This document shows positions 14,115 through 26,385 of a DNA stretch of 64,000 bases, piece by piece. This DNA is from Chrysomallon squamiferum (lineage: Eukaryota > Animalia > Mollusca), in contig CM022679.1 in assembly GCA_012295275.1 (NCBI GenBank), forward strand, positions 28,210,001 through 28,274,000. The letters run 5' to 3'. The position numbers were made by a program, and so were the translations under genes. The notes under the pieces were generated by a model that worked only from the letters and a program-made list of their open reading frames with translations, was not told the DNA's origin and did no database searches. Numbering within the stretch: position 1 is the first letter of the stretch; each line of letters starts with the position of its first letter.

Positions 14115-17100
14115 GCTGTTTAGAACATAAACTTACTGGAGTTGTAAAAATTGAGGCACCGACTGTTACACCCTCACTAACAATGATAGAGTAGGTGGTT
14201 GCGGGAATGGTGGGTCCCATGTTGCCAGTGCGAGTGATGTTTACTATGACTGCTGTCTGCGATGCTCTCTGTTGACCTGGTTCAGCATTGTCCGTAGCCT
14301 GAACTGTCACTGTGTACAGCTTACCTCGCGACACAGAACCAACAACATCAATGTTTCCTGTTCTGGAATTTATAGAGAATTTTCCAGCACCATTGTTACT
14401 AATGGCTGAGATTTCGTAGGTGATGACTCCGTTGTTGCCACTGTCTGCATCTGTTGCTTGCACCTGTTGTGAAGTAAATATTATAACTGTGAATAAAAAT
14501 TTATATTACAGTAATAGTTTGTTGTTTTATTTTTTTTAATTATTGATGGGACCAGGTTGAAATATACAGAATATAATTGTAGATCAGTTTGTAAATAGAT
14601 TAAAATTAAAGTTATAAACAGCTGGTAATAGTATGTAAGTAATCGATGTTGATTTATTTTTAATTTTAAGTGTAGTTCAGTGATAATACTGAACTAATGT
14701 CTTCAGTGTAAACCATATCTGTGTTCTTATATAGGATTACTGTATAAATATTTACTGTACTTGAAACATTGGATACTGCAATAAAAGCGTTATAGAGGAC
14801 AATGAGTTTCATCCTAAGTTTTTTCACTAAAAGAAATAAAGCTGGACTCACTGTGACAATAGATACAGGAGATCTGGAGTAGTCTGACTCAGGTACTGTG
14901 ATCACATAGGTGGTTGCTGGGAACACAGGTGAGAAATCATTTCTGTCAATCACCTGCACAGTCAGAGTTGTTGTAGTGGAACGTCTTTCTGCTGTGCTAG
15001 CTTCTGATGTTATCACCTGATAATATTGTTTTTTATCATTATTAATGTTTAAATATGACAGAAAGAAACATATAGAAACACTGACAGACAGATAAACAGA
15101 TGATGAGATAGAGATAAAAGAAACATAAATATGGGTGAAAGAAATAATGCTAACAACAGACAGACACTGATACTGACAGAAAGACAGACAGACAGACTCA
15201 GAAGGGATGACAGGCAAAAAAAGTCTGAAAGAGGTTAATAACAGATTAGTATTTACCTTGAAGACAACAAGCTGAGTCATTTCAAAGTCAAGATTTTCTG
15301 TGGCCAGAGCAATGTACCCTTCCTGTGTGACAGAGAAAATAGCCGTGTTGGTTACAGTGAAACTGTACATCTGGCTGGGATCACTGGAAAGCTTAAAATA
15401 AAAACAGAAGAAAAAAATGTTCATCATAATCACAATCTTTAAAATAATTATCATCAGAAGAAGCTTCATTTTAATCATTATTACTATCATCATCATCATC
15501 AATAGCATCATCATTATTATTATCAAATTATCATCGTAGTATTAACCTCATCATCATTATAATCATTATTATTATCACCACCACCATCATCATCACATAT
15601 AAAGTTTTTATCAAAAAACATTAGTCAAAACTCAAAAAAAAAAAATACTGACCACATCACCATCAGTAACATCAAGTCTAAGAAACCGAGTTCCCTGCTC
15701 ATTCAAAACAAGAGTTCCCCTGGGAGAGTTTTCTGGAATGTAACCTGTAAAACTGTTGGTTGATGATCGAACTGTTGGAGGAAAGATGTTAGCAGCATTC
15801 ACAGTGAGACTAACTAGAGCTCTCTCATACCTCCGTCTTTCTGACTGTTCCTCCGCCTGTATTTATAAATAATAATAATAATAAAAATAATGTTAATAAT
15901 AATAATAATAATAATAATATTAATATTTTATAATTACAATAATGATCATAATAATAAAATAATAATAAAAGTAATAATAATAATATAATAAAAAATAAAA
16001 ATAATAATAATAGCATAATAATACTAATAAAAATAATAATATAATAATGATGCAAATAATCTATAAAGTGTTATTAGTAAAGGATAAATAAGAGGTACCC
16101 GTATTATGATTTGCAAGGAAGAAATAGACAGTCTGTTCAGTGTCTGTGTTTGCTGTAAAGTTGCAGAGTAGATGCCACTGGGTTCAATTCCTGTGATCAG
16201 CGCAAAGTAGTTGTTGTAACCCGATGGAATAGCTGAATAAAATTAAAAGAAAGATTATAAAAGGTTATGTTATAACAGAGGTCTCTCTCTATCTACACAT
16301 CAGTCTGTCTGTCTTTAAGTCTGTCTGTCAGTCTTTATGTATCTATCTACACATCTATTTAATCTGTCAATCTACATATCAACCTATGTACATTCCTATC
16401 TACAAAAGAGCCTATCTGTAGGCTGATTCTGTCTATCTATATATCTGTACTTTTCAGAAAAGTAGCAAAGGTAATTTTACAGCTAATTACAAATTATGGT
16501 CACCTCTCAAATTATAATTAAAATGCAACCAATTTAAAAACAAAATTAAAATTACAAATTCTTTTTTCTTATTCCATTTAATCTTTTTACTGTGAACCAA
16601 AATAATTGTTTAGTCAACCAAAAAAAGAAAAGAAAAAAAAGAAAACAATTTAACATTAAAACTATTTATTAAATGATATTATTAACCCTGTTATGTAAAT
16701 ATCAGTATTATTGATCCAGTTATCTAAATGTCAGTATTACAGATCATGTTATGTAACTATCGTCATCCAATTATTAAAATATCAATATAATTAATTCTGT
16801 CAACTAAACATCAATGTTACAGACAAAATTAACATGGCATCAATAGATAACAATTGTAAATTTAAACTTACTCTCTTGTAAAAAGAACTGTATTGGTGTG
16901 TTTAAAGTATCATGGTCTTGAGCTAAAATCTTTACAGCTTGTTGTACTGGTTGTACTGCGGGGTAGGGGAAAAATGTCATCTTACCAGCCTGAAAATACA
17001 GCAAAACATTTAGTAAGCCACTGACAGTTTTCTTTTTCATAATTCTATTAATGTAGTTTCTTCTTTTGTAATTCAGCTAAGATCATTTCTCCCTTACATG

Positions 17101-19170
17101 ATTCTGTTAAATAAATTTATCCTTTTTTGTAATGCTATTAAGATAATTTCTCTTTTACATATTCCTTGTAAGGTAATTTAAGCAACTATATTTAAAACAT
17201 ACCACTTGAAAATAGTTTTAAAAAAAGGTATAATTATCTTGGATAATGAAATAAATGTTTATTACTGTAAGTGTATTTTTAAAAATATGGAATTTTTATT
17301 ATGAAACTATGTTATTTATTAAGTTCAGTTAATTAATTTAATTAACATTCAAGCAAGTTCTGATGGTGAAATGAGATTTCCTGAATCATTAAGGCAAAAA
17401 AAAACTAACTTCTATTTCAACATGTACCATTACTTCTTTATATTTTTATATTTACCAGAGTATTGGATACAACATTAGTAGTGTATCGTGGGTTGTAGCA
17501 GACATTGTTGTATCTAGAACAAGATGGGTATTCAAACACTGGATCAAGATCATCACCATCTTCAATGTTCACTGTGAGAGTTGTGTATGCAGATCTCCGA
17601 GAACTTGCTATCAGTGCCGTGTCCTGGAAACATTTTTATCATTTTCAAATTGTTTTATTACAAAAACAGTTTTATTTACAAACAACATTCTTACTGTCAT
17701 TTTTTCAGATTATTTTATTACTAAATTACAACTGTCATTTGTTTTATTCCCAAATCATACACTTCTACTGTTATCATTTTCAGTTGTTTTGTTACTAAAT
17801 TATAAACAACATTTTTACAAATTATTAGTATTAGTATTATTTTTTTACTAAAGAACAAATATTTATATCAATGTTAAAGATGGAAAATGTTTTGAATACT
17901 GAAGATAATGATCTGAACTGGAAAATCTCATCTGAATAGTTTATGTTTTCTCTGCATATATTTATGGAAAACATTATCACACTACCATTATATCAATATT
18001 AAACTACTCTAAATGAAGACTTCAGGATATTTTAGCTCTTATAAGTTATAAATCATAAAAATATAAGAGATATGCAAAATGATTTAATTTTACTGAAGTT
18101 TTCCATTACATTGTTAGATTCAGAGTATTTCTAATAGCATTAATGATTTAACTTTTAATTACTATTTGTTATTTTAACTGTACTAACTGTAGCTGAGATG
18201 TTCAATATGTAAAATGGCTGGTTAATGCTGTTGAGAATCTCAAAGTCAAGGATGTCTGCCACAGTAACAATGCCCAGGCTGGGGACAGGTATAGAGAACT
18301 TTGAACTTCCATCAAACTGAAACATAAATTACAGATGGAGTCAAATCTGTTAGCTACATCTCTGAACTAAAAAAATGTCTTTGTTTTTAAGAACTGTAAA
18401 CATTTCTTTCAGATTGTATATTAAACAAATGCAATAAGAATTTAAAGAAAAGAAATAAAATAAAATAAAATAAAATAAAATAAATAAATAAATAAAATAA
18501 TAATATTAATAATAACAATAACAATAACAATAACAATAACAATAACAACAATAATATCTAATATTTCAATAAAGTAATAACTCATTTAACAGTTATATTC
18601 TTTTTGTTTTATTTTTAACACATTTAATTTTTAAATATTTTAATGGATAAAATCATTAAAATGTTTACTCACAGCTCCACCATTTCCAGGAAGGATTTTG
18701 TAAACAACATTTCTGTTCTGTACTGAATCTTTGTCTGATGCAGATATAGAATGTACAACAGTTGTACCAATTGGAGTCAACTGAAACAAATTAAGAATTT
18801 TCATCAAAAAATAAATAAACAAATAAAGACAAAATACATTAATGAATCATAATTAAATACAGGTAAAACAAATTATGTATTAAGATAAATAAAATAGTGC
18901 ACAGAAAAAGTGTAAAATTAATTAGACTGCAGATTTATAATGTTGTTTGGTTGTTGTTTAGTTTTCTTTATTTGTTTGTTTTTTGTTTTGGTCATTTTGC
19001 CTTCACATAATTTACTTAAGATAATTTCTCCTTTTTTAAAACAAACTCTGAACATTCAGTTGTGTCTTAATCTACAGTGATCCAAATACATTAGTATCAG
19101 GCCTGCTATCCAAAAGTACGTTATCAATTAATTAATAAATAATAAATAAAGAATTTTAATAAAGAATTAA

Positions 19171-19209
<39 letters not shown>

Positions 19210-19852
19210 AAATAAATTATGAAATAAAGAAACAAGAAGATCGACAGGAAGACAGAGAGACAAACAGGTTGATGAATGGATGGATGGATAAACTAAAGAA
19301 TATAGTTACCTCATTAACAGAGACTGAGTAAGGTGAACCAACAAAAATTGGCGAGTTATCATTGATGTCACCCAGCATCACTCGCAGTGGATAGAACAGC
19401 TGATAAATAAAAACACATAAATATTAATTATTATTTTTGATGTTGTTCTCATTACTGTTATTATTTTTATTGTTCTGGTTTATGTTCATATTGTGGTTGT
19501 TCTTGGCATTTCATTTTCATTTTACTTTCAGACATGTTCCAATAATTATTTTTCTAAATAATAATAATAATAATTATTATTATTATAATAATAAAATATT
19601 TCAGTACACGAAAATAAATTTAAAGCAATTTTTTGGTAGATTGTTAGAACAAAAGAAGAACAAAAGAAAAACTTACCACTGTTGATGATGTTAGGGACTG
19701 ACATTTTAAAACAAACTCTACAACATTCAAATCATCACTTGGGGCAGCTGTCAAACCCTGCAAGTAAAATATTTAAATATAAATAAGAATTTTAATCAAA
19801 AAATATAACCTGTAGATACTGACAGACAAACTGACATACAGATTGACAGACA

Positions 19853-19915
<63 letters not shown>

Positions 19916-20034
19916 GAATTATTAATATCATTTCATATTATTAATTAGTTGTTTATTTATTGTTAATGCTGAAGTCCAGCTTAATATCGAAGCCAAAAAA
20001 ATAAAAAATAAAAATTAATAATAATAATAAATAA

Positions 20035-20075
<41 letters not shown>

Positions 20076-21469
20076 TGAAGAAGAAAATGAGGAGAAAACA
20101 ACAACAACAATAATAATAATAACATTCTTCTCCGTATAAAAAGAAGTTGCAGACGTAAATGTCCTTAGAAGTTAGACGCTAACTTAGAGTGAGCACGTGT
20201 TCTTAAAATAGATTGTGGAGCCAGGAACTGATGACTTTACTAAGGTTATAAATCCAAAACTGATATATATATATAAGAATTGCCTATATTACTAGGCTAT
20301 GGTAGATACTTTCAATTCGATTTCTTTACTTACGAAATTCAGTCAACTCACGTGTTCACTGACGCGTGTCTGTATTCGAAATGTGGTTTCTAGCGAACTT
20401 TATCAAGGGAGTTAATCCAAATATCTCATAAATACATGCATTACTAAATAATTGTTGTTGTCATTATTTTTGTCATCTATTTATAATAGCTTAAACATGT
20501 ACATAATTAAAAAAAAGGCCCATGAAAGTCTTTCTACAGTTTTATTTATTTATTTATTTTAATTATTTTTCGCCCTGACTTCGACCCACACAGTATTTTC
20601 CCAAAATTCACCAAAATCCATACTTACATCTCTATCAAGTGCTTTAATAAGTCGAAGATAAATTCCACTGATACCGTTGATGTTGGCATTTTCCAAGATG
20701 AAATATTCGTTTGGCAGAATAGGAGCTGATTCTTGGGTCATCACCAAGTTAATTGTACTTCCTAAGCTGCCGTGGATTTTTACTTGTCCACGATATAGAT
20801 CTGACATTGGAGATATCTTTAAATCTGTTTTTTTTTTTTTTTTTTTTTAATAAAAATAGATTTTTATTGTTAATGAATATTAATTGTAATAAATATTTAT
20901 ATAACATTACGAAATATGAATTATTATCAGGTGCAAGTTTAATCGTTAATTTGTTGGTGAAAGAATAGATATCTACATCTTATAAAATTATACACCTTTC
21001 TATAAACAGGAAAATTCGTGTTGAATTTATTAATAAACCTGTAGAAGGAAACTTGTTAGAACTAGTAATAATCAATGTACAAAACGAGAAAAAAAATTAC
21101 TGCTCCTTTGCAAATATATATATATATTCTTTAACTTATAAAGCGTAATTATCCAAAATATTAATATTACAATTGTCAGAAATTAACGTTCGAGTACTTA
21201 CCTTCAGTGTTTGCTTCATAAATTTTGACATATAAAGTTGTTGTTTGATCAGAATCCAGGCTCATACAGGCTGGGGGAAAAAAAAACAGAATACATAAAT
21301 GATTGTTTTCAAAAAAACATAGCAATGAAGAAAAGAACTTCATAAACTGGGAATCATTTTGGGAGCAAGATAATATTATAATCAGTAATCAAATACAGAA
21401 TAAATAAACAATAAGTGTATATTACAGTACGAATAGGAGTGTTTACATGTTGTATGCATGTGTTTGTTT

Positions 21470-21521
<52 letters not shown>

Positions 21522-21912
21522 ATAAGGTATGTGCATGTATGTATGTTTATGGATATCTGAATATACTGAAGGGGGGATGGGTTGCCTGTTCTTGTATGGG
21601 GGGCTTCTTTTATTTCTTTTTTTTTCTTTGTTTCTTGTTTTGGGAGTTTTGTTTCTTTATTTGTTTTTAGCAGGCCTATACAAGCATCAGTCTATAAGTT
21701 AATACACGTGTTTGATATATGTATTTGTATGTAATGTGTTACTATACGTGAATGATGTATGTATTTGTATGTAATGTGTTACTATACGTGAATGATGTAT
21801 GTATTTGTATGTAATGTGTTTTAATACAAATATACTCACGAGTCTGAGCTGTTGTGCATGATAATATCAGACTCAAAAGGACAAAATGAAAACTCTCCTT
21901 GTACGCCACCAT
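549..21912 (-). CDS. Giant non-classical cadherin: Cad99C/PCDH15-like N-terminus, at least 21 EC repeats, 3'-partial; one apparent frameshift
   Basis: ATG at 21912 in GATCGCCATGG context, followed by a signal-peptide-like MVAYKESFHFVLLSLILSCTTAQ. 37 GT-AG exons in transcription order: 21840-21932, 21202-21270, 20628-20824, 19677-19757, 19310-19399, 18673-18780, 18188-18316, 17456-17623, 16872-16989, 16099-16232, 15653-15856, 15257-15391, 14852-15016, 14137-14463, 13659-13741, 13311-13398, 12907-13032, 12282-12352, 11825-12065, 11349-11558, 10973-11089, 10230-10691, 9939-10118, 9627-9755, 8865-9060, 8362-8508, 7838-8161, 7055-7378, 5928-6449, 5309-5440, 4316-4840, 3769-4089, 3118-3255, 2389-2580, 1772-1900, 1122-1307, 549-695. 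Phases are consistent except exon 8865-9060 (196 nt). Cadherin motifs: LDRD, DINDNSPIF, LDFE, ATDAD, DxGxP. About 2330 aa lie in the window, and no transmembrane segment is reached. Confidence 0.93.
2063..2374. repeat. 39-bp minisatellite, about 8 copies, intronic
   Basis: Unit approx. TATAAAAATCAATGTACATGCACTTATTATTAGTGATAT; TGTACATGCAC recurs at 2118, 2157, 2196 and onward. It explains the repetitive tails of ORFs 2047-2604 and 2115-2426. Confidence 0.95.
5700..5905. repeat. Degenerate 24-30 bp AT-rich minisatellite
   Basis: Recurring TGATTTAAATCACTAATTAATAATCAC-like units just inside a cadherin intron. Confidence 0.7.
13890..14113. repeat. Compound (AAT)n/(AGT)n microsatellite
   Basis: Runs of AAT with AGT interruptions; source of the poly-I, poly-N and poly-Y ORFs. 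Confidence 0.9.
19858..19912. repeat. (GA)n microsatellite
   Basis: Perfect GA run of about 27 units. Confidence 0.97.
21719..21820. repeat. 40-bp tandem repeat, 2.5 copies
   Basis: GTATTTGTATGTAATGTGTT at 21721, 21761 and 21801, next to the donor of the first coding cadherin exon. Confidence 0.93.
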
Positions 21913-21936
21913 GGCGATCTTGTTTGTTAATCCTGC

Positions 21937-21995
<59 letters not shown>

Positions 21996-22959
21996 CAACA
22001 ACAACAACAACAAAAAGTACAATAATAATAATAAAATATTACTTGGATAGACCTGTTTATTGATTTCCTTCGATTCTTTTCCCGAAATTTAATTATATAA
22101 TAAACTTTCGTTACAACACAGCTAACACATAAAATACACGTTTCAGACAAGACAAAGCTAGATAGTATGTACATAACAAACAAGCTTCAGCATTTCTTTC
22201 CTGCTTCAAATAAGTTACACTCTATCAGACCATTTGTTTCAAATTATTTTTAAATAAGAAATATAATTAATTAGTGTAGTAAATAAATAGAACAAAACAA
22301 AATACAAGCAAGTAAGTAAATAAATAAAGTATAGCTGGAAGAGATAGTAAGCATAAAATGCAGATCGGAAAATGAAAAGGACATTTAAGAGGATTATTAG
22401 ATTAGTCGGATAATCTGGATACTGTGACACTGATACGCGTTAATGCGCTGTTATAACAAGTCGTGATTGACTGCGAATAACAGAGTGAAAGAGCTCGAAT
22501 AGTATTTTATATTTGTATTTCTTTATACACACGTACATACACAGATAGGTGCATGGCTGCATGAATACACGGATATATTAATATATATTAATAAATGTAC
22601 GTATGAACATACATACATGCAAACATAATCCACATATACACGTATACTTAAATTTACACACATTCACATCTATCAACACAAAAGTATATATAAAAACATA
22701 CTAATATATATATATATATATATATATATAAACATACATTCATACATGTAGACATGAACACACATATGCACATTCCGACGCATGTGTACATGTTTGAATA
22801 CATAAACATATGGACACCTTTTCGAGTGTAAAGAAAGGACGAAAGAAAACGACAAAAAAGTTTTGTTTTATATTCAGTTCAGTATTTTCTTATTGAAAAT
22901 AACATATAATAAAATTGATCTTCTATTTTGATTATTCCGCATTTAAATAAATAAACAAA

Positions 22960-22998
<39 letters not shown>

Positions 22999-23241
22999 AT
23001 ATTATCCTGCAGAAAATTCTGGTGTAATGAACACTTTTGGGAAAATATCTATAAAGAAACCACTCTGAAGCTATTCGCTAAATATTAAATTTATTCTTTC
23101 TGTGAAGTAAAGAAGAGTAACATTTTGATAAATAAATAAAGCAATATATTCGTCAATAAACGAAATATAAATAAAATGAAGATAAATAAATAAATAAATA
23201 AATAAAATAAATAAATTAGTAAGTAAATGAATAGTGCCTAC

Positions 23242-23500
23242 CTTATGATCTATTTATAAAACAAGTTTTACTAACTACAGCTCAGAAAAAAAAAAAGCTT
23301 TTTCCAGAACTGTATCCCTATACCGAAGCGAATAAAAACGTAAATGTTCTCCAGAAAAATCAAGACGGTTGTATAGTGCGCCTACTCTCCATATTTTGTT
23401 TATATCCCCAGCAACTAATCCTATTTCTTCAATACTTCTAATTGCTGTTCATTAGCCACGGAGGATTAACTCCTCTTGGTTGATCAATTTAATCCCTGTA
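23242..23500 (-). promoter_or_regulatory. Putative cadherin promoter and non-coding first exon
   Basis: Minus-strand donor AAG|GTAGGC (GT at 23241-23240) and TATAAA on the minus strand near 23399-23404. Three TAATCC/GGATTA sites at 23416, 23463 and 23490. The ATG-containing exon has its own acceptor, so an upstream exon must exist. Confidence 0.45.
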
Positions 23501-23759
23501 TTAACAAACAGCTTTCCTTGATGAGTTAACTTCCCCTTCTCTTGTTACTATTGTTTATTTAAGGATAACGGTAAAGGACCGCGAACATTCTGTGTAATTA
23601 CGTAATAATACTGTCTCTTCATTAATTTATAATTAAACTGTTTTGTTTATCTGATGTAATTAATTTCCATACACTGTAGATGCAACATTAAAATATAATT
23701 TATAATTTAATTAATACTAATTATTTTATTAAGTGTAAACATTTTTTTTTTTTTAATTT

Positions 23760-23856
23760 TAAGACGAGAAAAATATTATCAGTCTATGACTTTATTAAAA
23801 TATATGAATGTCTTAAATGTTTCAAACAAACAATACATGTCTGTAAATGAGTGTGA

Positions 23857-23904
<48 letters not shown>

Positions 23905-24041
23905 ACATTTATCAACAATAATACCCATTTTTTTTTTTTTAAATGTGTAAGACCAGAAAAATGTTATCCGTCAGTAAGTGTTTTGAAATATATGAATGTC
24001 TTTAATGTTTCAAACAAACAAGACATGTATGTAAATGTGTG

Positions 24042-24090
<49 letters not shown>

Positions 24091-24160
24091 TAACATTTAA
24101 GACATTCATATATTTTAATACACTGTTACTGACCGATAACATTTTTTCAAGTCTTACATC
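23760..24160. repeat. Three copies of a 70-90 bp unit, two direct and one inverted
   Basis: AAATATATGAATGTCTT(A/T)AATGTT-containing unit at about 23760-23850 and 23946-24036; reverse complement at about 24092-24160. Confidence 0.85.
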
Positions 24161-24219
24161 TTTTTTTTTTTTTTTTTTATATATAATGTTCATATATAAT
24201 AATAATAATAATAATAATA

Positions 24220-24262
<43 letters not shown>

Positions 24263-24505
24263 CGATTATTCTTGCTGTTGTATTATTAGATTATATTATT
24301 GTTGTTTGTTCTGATATGTTAATCTCTAAATCTGAGTGGAATGAATATTTGACAGACTGCTTCCAGCGTTAGATTTCTCTTTCATTGTTTCCTTACTTAT
24401 TGTATCAAAAGTACTCAGCAAACATAGTACGTGAAACTGATACACATTGTACCATAAACAGGACTGGGTCTAGGTTACCTGTCTTTTAGCAGAGAGTAAA
24501 GTCCA

Positions 24506-24536
<31 letters not shown>

Positions 24537-24546
24537 CGGTTTTTAT

Positions 24547-24577
<31 letters not shown>

Positions 24578-25220
24578 TATATAGTTTGCTTAATTAACAG
24601 CAATGGAAACAAAAGATTTTTGAAAATAAAAATAAAATAAGTAAAATATCTGTTCTTGGCAAACAAACATGAATAATAAAATAAAGTAACGAAGTACTGC
24701 AAACAATTTTAACAGTTTTGACCTGATGTTACATCTGATATTTTATTTGTCATGTGATGTCGTCGAAAACAGTTTTGATGTATATAGACATTTACGGTCG
24801 GTATTTAAAACATTTCAATTAATTTTATCATAAAATTTTATCTATTTATTTATTTATTTGTTCGTTCATTTGTTTATTTGTTTATTATTATTATTATTAT
24901 TATTATTATTGGTGTTGTTGTTGTTGTTGTTAGTGTTGTTTATATTCATTGTTTTAATATTTACTGTTAGTCGAACTTACACGTCAAAAGAATCCGAGCG
25001 CAATTGACTAGAATTGATCCTATTTTTCCGTGCATATCAGAAATTTTTTTTATGTACTTTCCTCTGCGCTCATATAGCATAATTTGCTTAAAATTAATAA
25101 CACAGTCAAATCCGTTAATTTTATTTCCGTTTTAACAGGAATACATTGAGGCTAATTAAAAAATATTTTGTTTGACATTCCATTCACCTCCAAGAGAAAC
25201 AAAAGCTATTACCAGATTAT

Positions 25221-25380
25221 CTGATTGGCCACGGTTAACCGTACAATAATTTCATTGGCTACGGTTAACCGTACAATAATTTCATTGGCTACGGTTAACC
25301 GACAATGAAAAATGATTGGCTGCGGTTAACCGTAGAGAAAACCGATTGGTTGCGGTTAACTGTATGTCTACAATGATTGC
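25221..25380. promoter_or_regulatory. Array of five ATTGG (CCAAT box) plus CGGTTAACCG palindrome units, 30-31 bp period
   Basis: ATTGG at 25224, 25254, 25284, 25315 and 25345, each followed after 2 nt by (A/G)CGGTTAAC(C/T)G. The repeat itself is certain; the regulatory role is inferred. Confidence 0.55.
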
Positions 25381-26203
25381 TTAATCACTGGTGCAAACTG
25401 GTCTCATTTTGAGAGGTGACGATAGCAAGTGATATTTCTCCCTATGACTCATTAAGTTTCATCAGCACTTTATTTCTGAGTAAAAAAAAAAAAAAAAAAA
25501 TAATAATAATAAAAAAAAAAATAAATACTAGGAACGTATTCTAGTTTATTTTAAATTTTTGGTATCTTACAGTTTGTTACATATATTTTTATAGAACATT
25601 CACCAAATCGTACAGGTAATTCAGCGAACTAAAAAAAAAAAAAAAAAAAAAAATCGGTTGCATGATTGGAACTGTAAATAAATAATTATAAGTCTTCAAG
25701 ATTTTGTGCATATATAACCAAAAATTGGTCGTTGGTGCTGAACATTTCGCATCATATTTGGTTATTTCATGTACTGTCTAACGATTTAGTAATGAAAACG
25801 GTGAAAAGGTACGAAATGCGATTATCTACTTTTTATAGATAAGTTTGTATATGTAAAACACCAGTCAAGTAGCAGGCATTTTGTTTAATTTGAAACAGTT
25901 ATCAGAAAAGTAAATTTCTAGTTTATGTTGCTAAAAACGTAATTTTACTTATTATAAATAAATAAAAAATAAAGCACACACACACACATTAAAAAAATAA
26001 TAAACAATAATTAAAGATTTAATACCTAAAATTATATAAAAAAGCTTTTTCTAAATTAGTTTAATAGTCAAGTGTATGATATAATTGTTCTTCAAAACTA
26101 TCATATACTTACGTATTTGCAACTGGTAACAACTCAGGCATTTTTCAGTCAGGAGTAATTATCTGACTTACTTGGCTTGTTTTATCATGAGTAGTTACTA
26201 TCT

Positions 26204-26281
26204 TCAGTCAATTGTAATGACATCACAGTCTAGCAACATTCTTGTTCCCTTTGCCTTCTTTTCATCTTTTTGATAACTGTC
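26204..26281 (-). other. Candidate distal RPS24 exon coding DSYQKDEKKAKGTRMLLDCDVITID*
   Basis: Acceptor ttattacag at 26283-26282; phase-0 frame to TGA. GTAAGT donors lie downstream at 26171 and 26112, and ATTAAA near 26065 and 26023. Confidence 0.4.
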
Positions 26282-26325
26282 CTGTAATAATTTCATGAAT
26301 ATTCTTTTGGAAGTATCTTAAAATC

Positions 26326-26385
<60 letters not shown>

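Noticed and set aside
10354-17798. Plus-strand ORFs at 10354, 11832, 12913 and 17505
   Set aside because: Antisense shadows of cadherin exons.
24508-24573. Poly-T/poly-A fold-back, and (AAT)n/(ATT)n fold-backs at about 24197-24258 and 34564-34614
   Set aside because: Simple-sequence juxtapositions are common throughout this window and carry no specific signal.
25221-25380. CRISPR-like look (palindromic repeats with varying spacers)
   Set aside because: Eukaryotic context, spacers only about 12 nt with the first two identical, and no cas genes.
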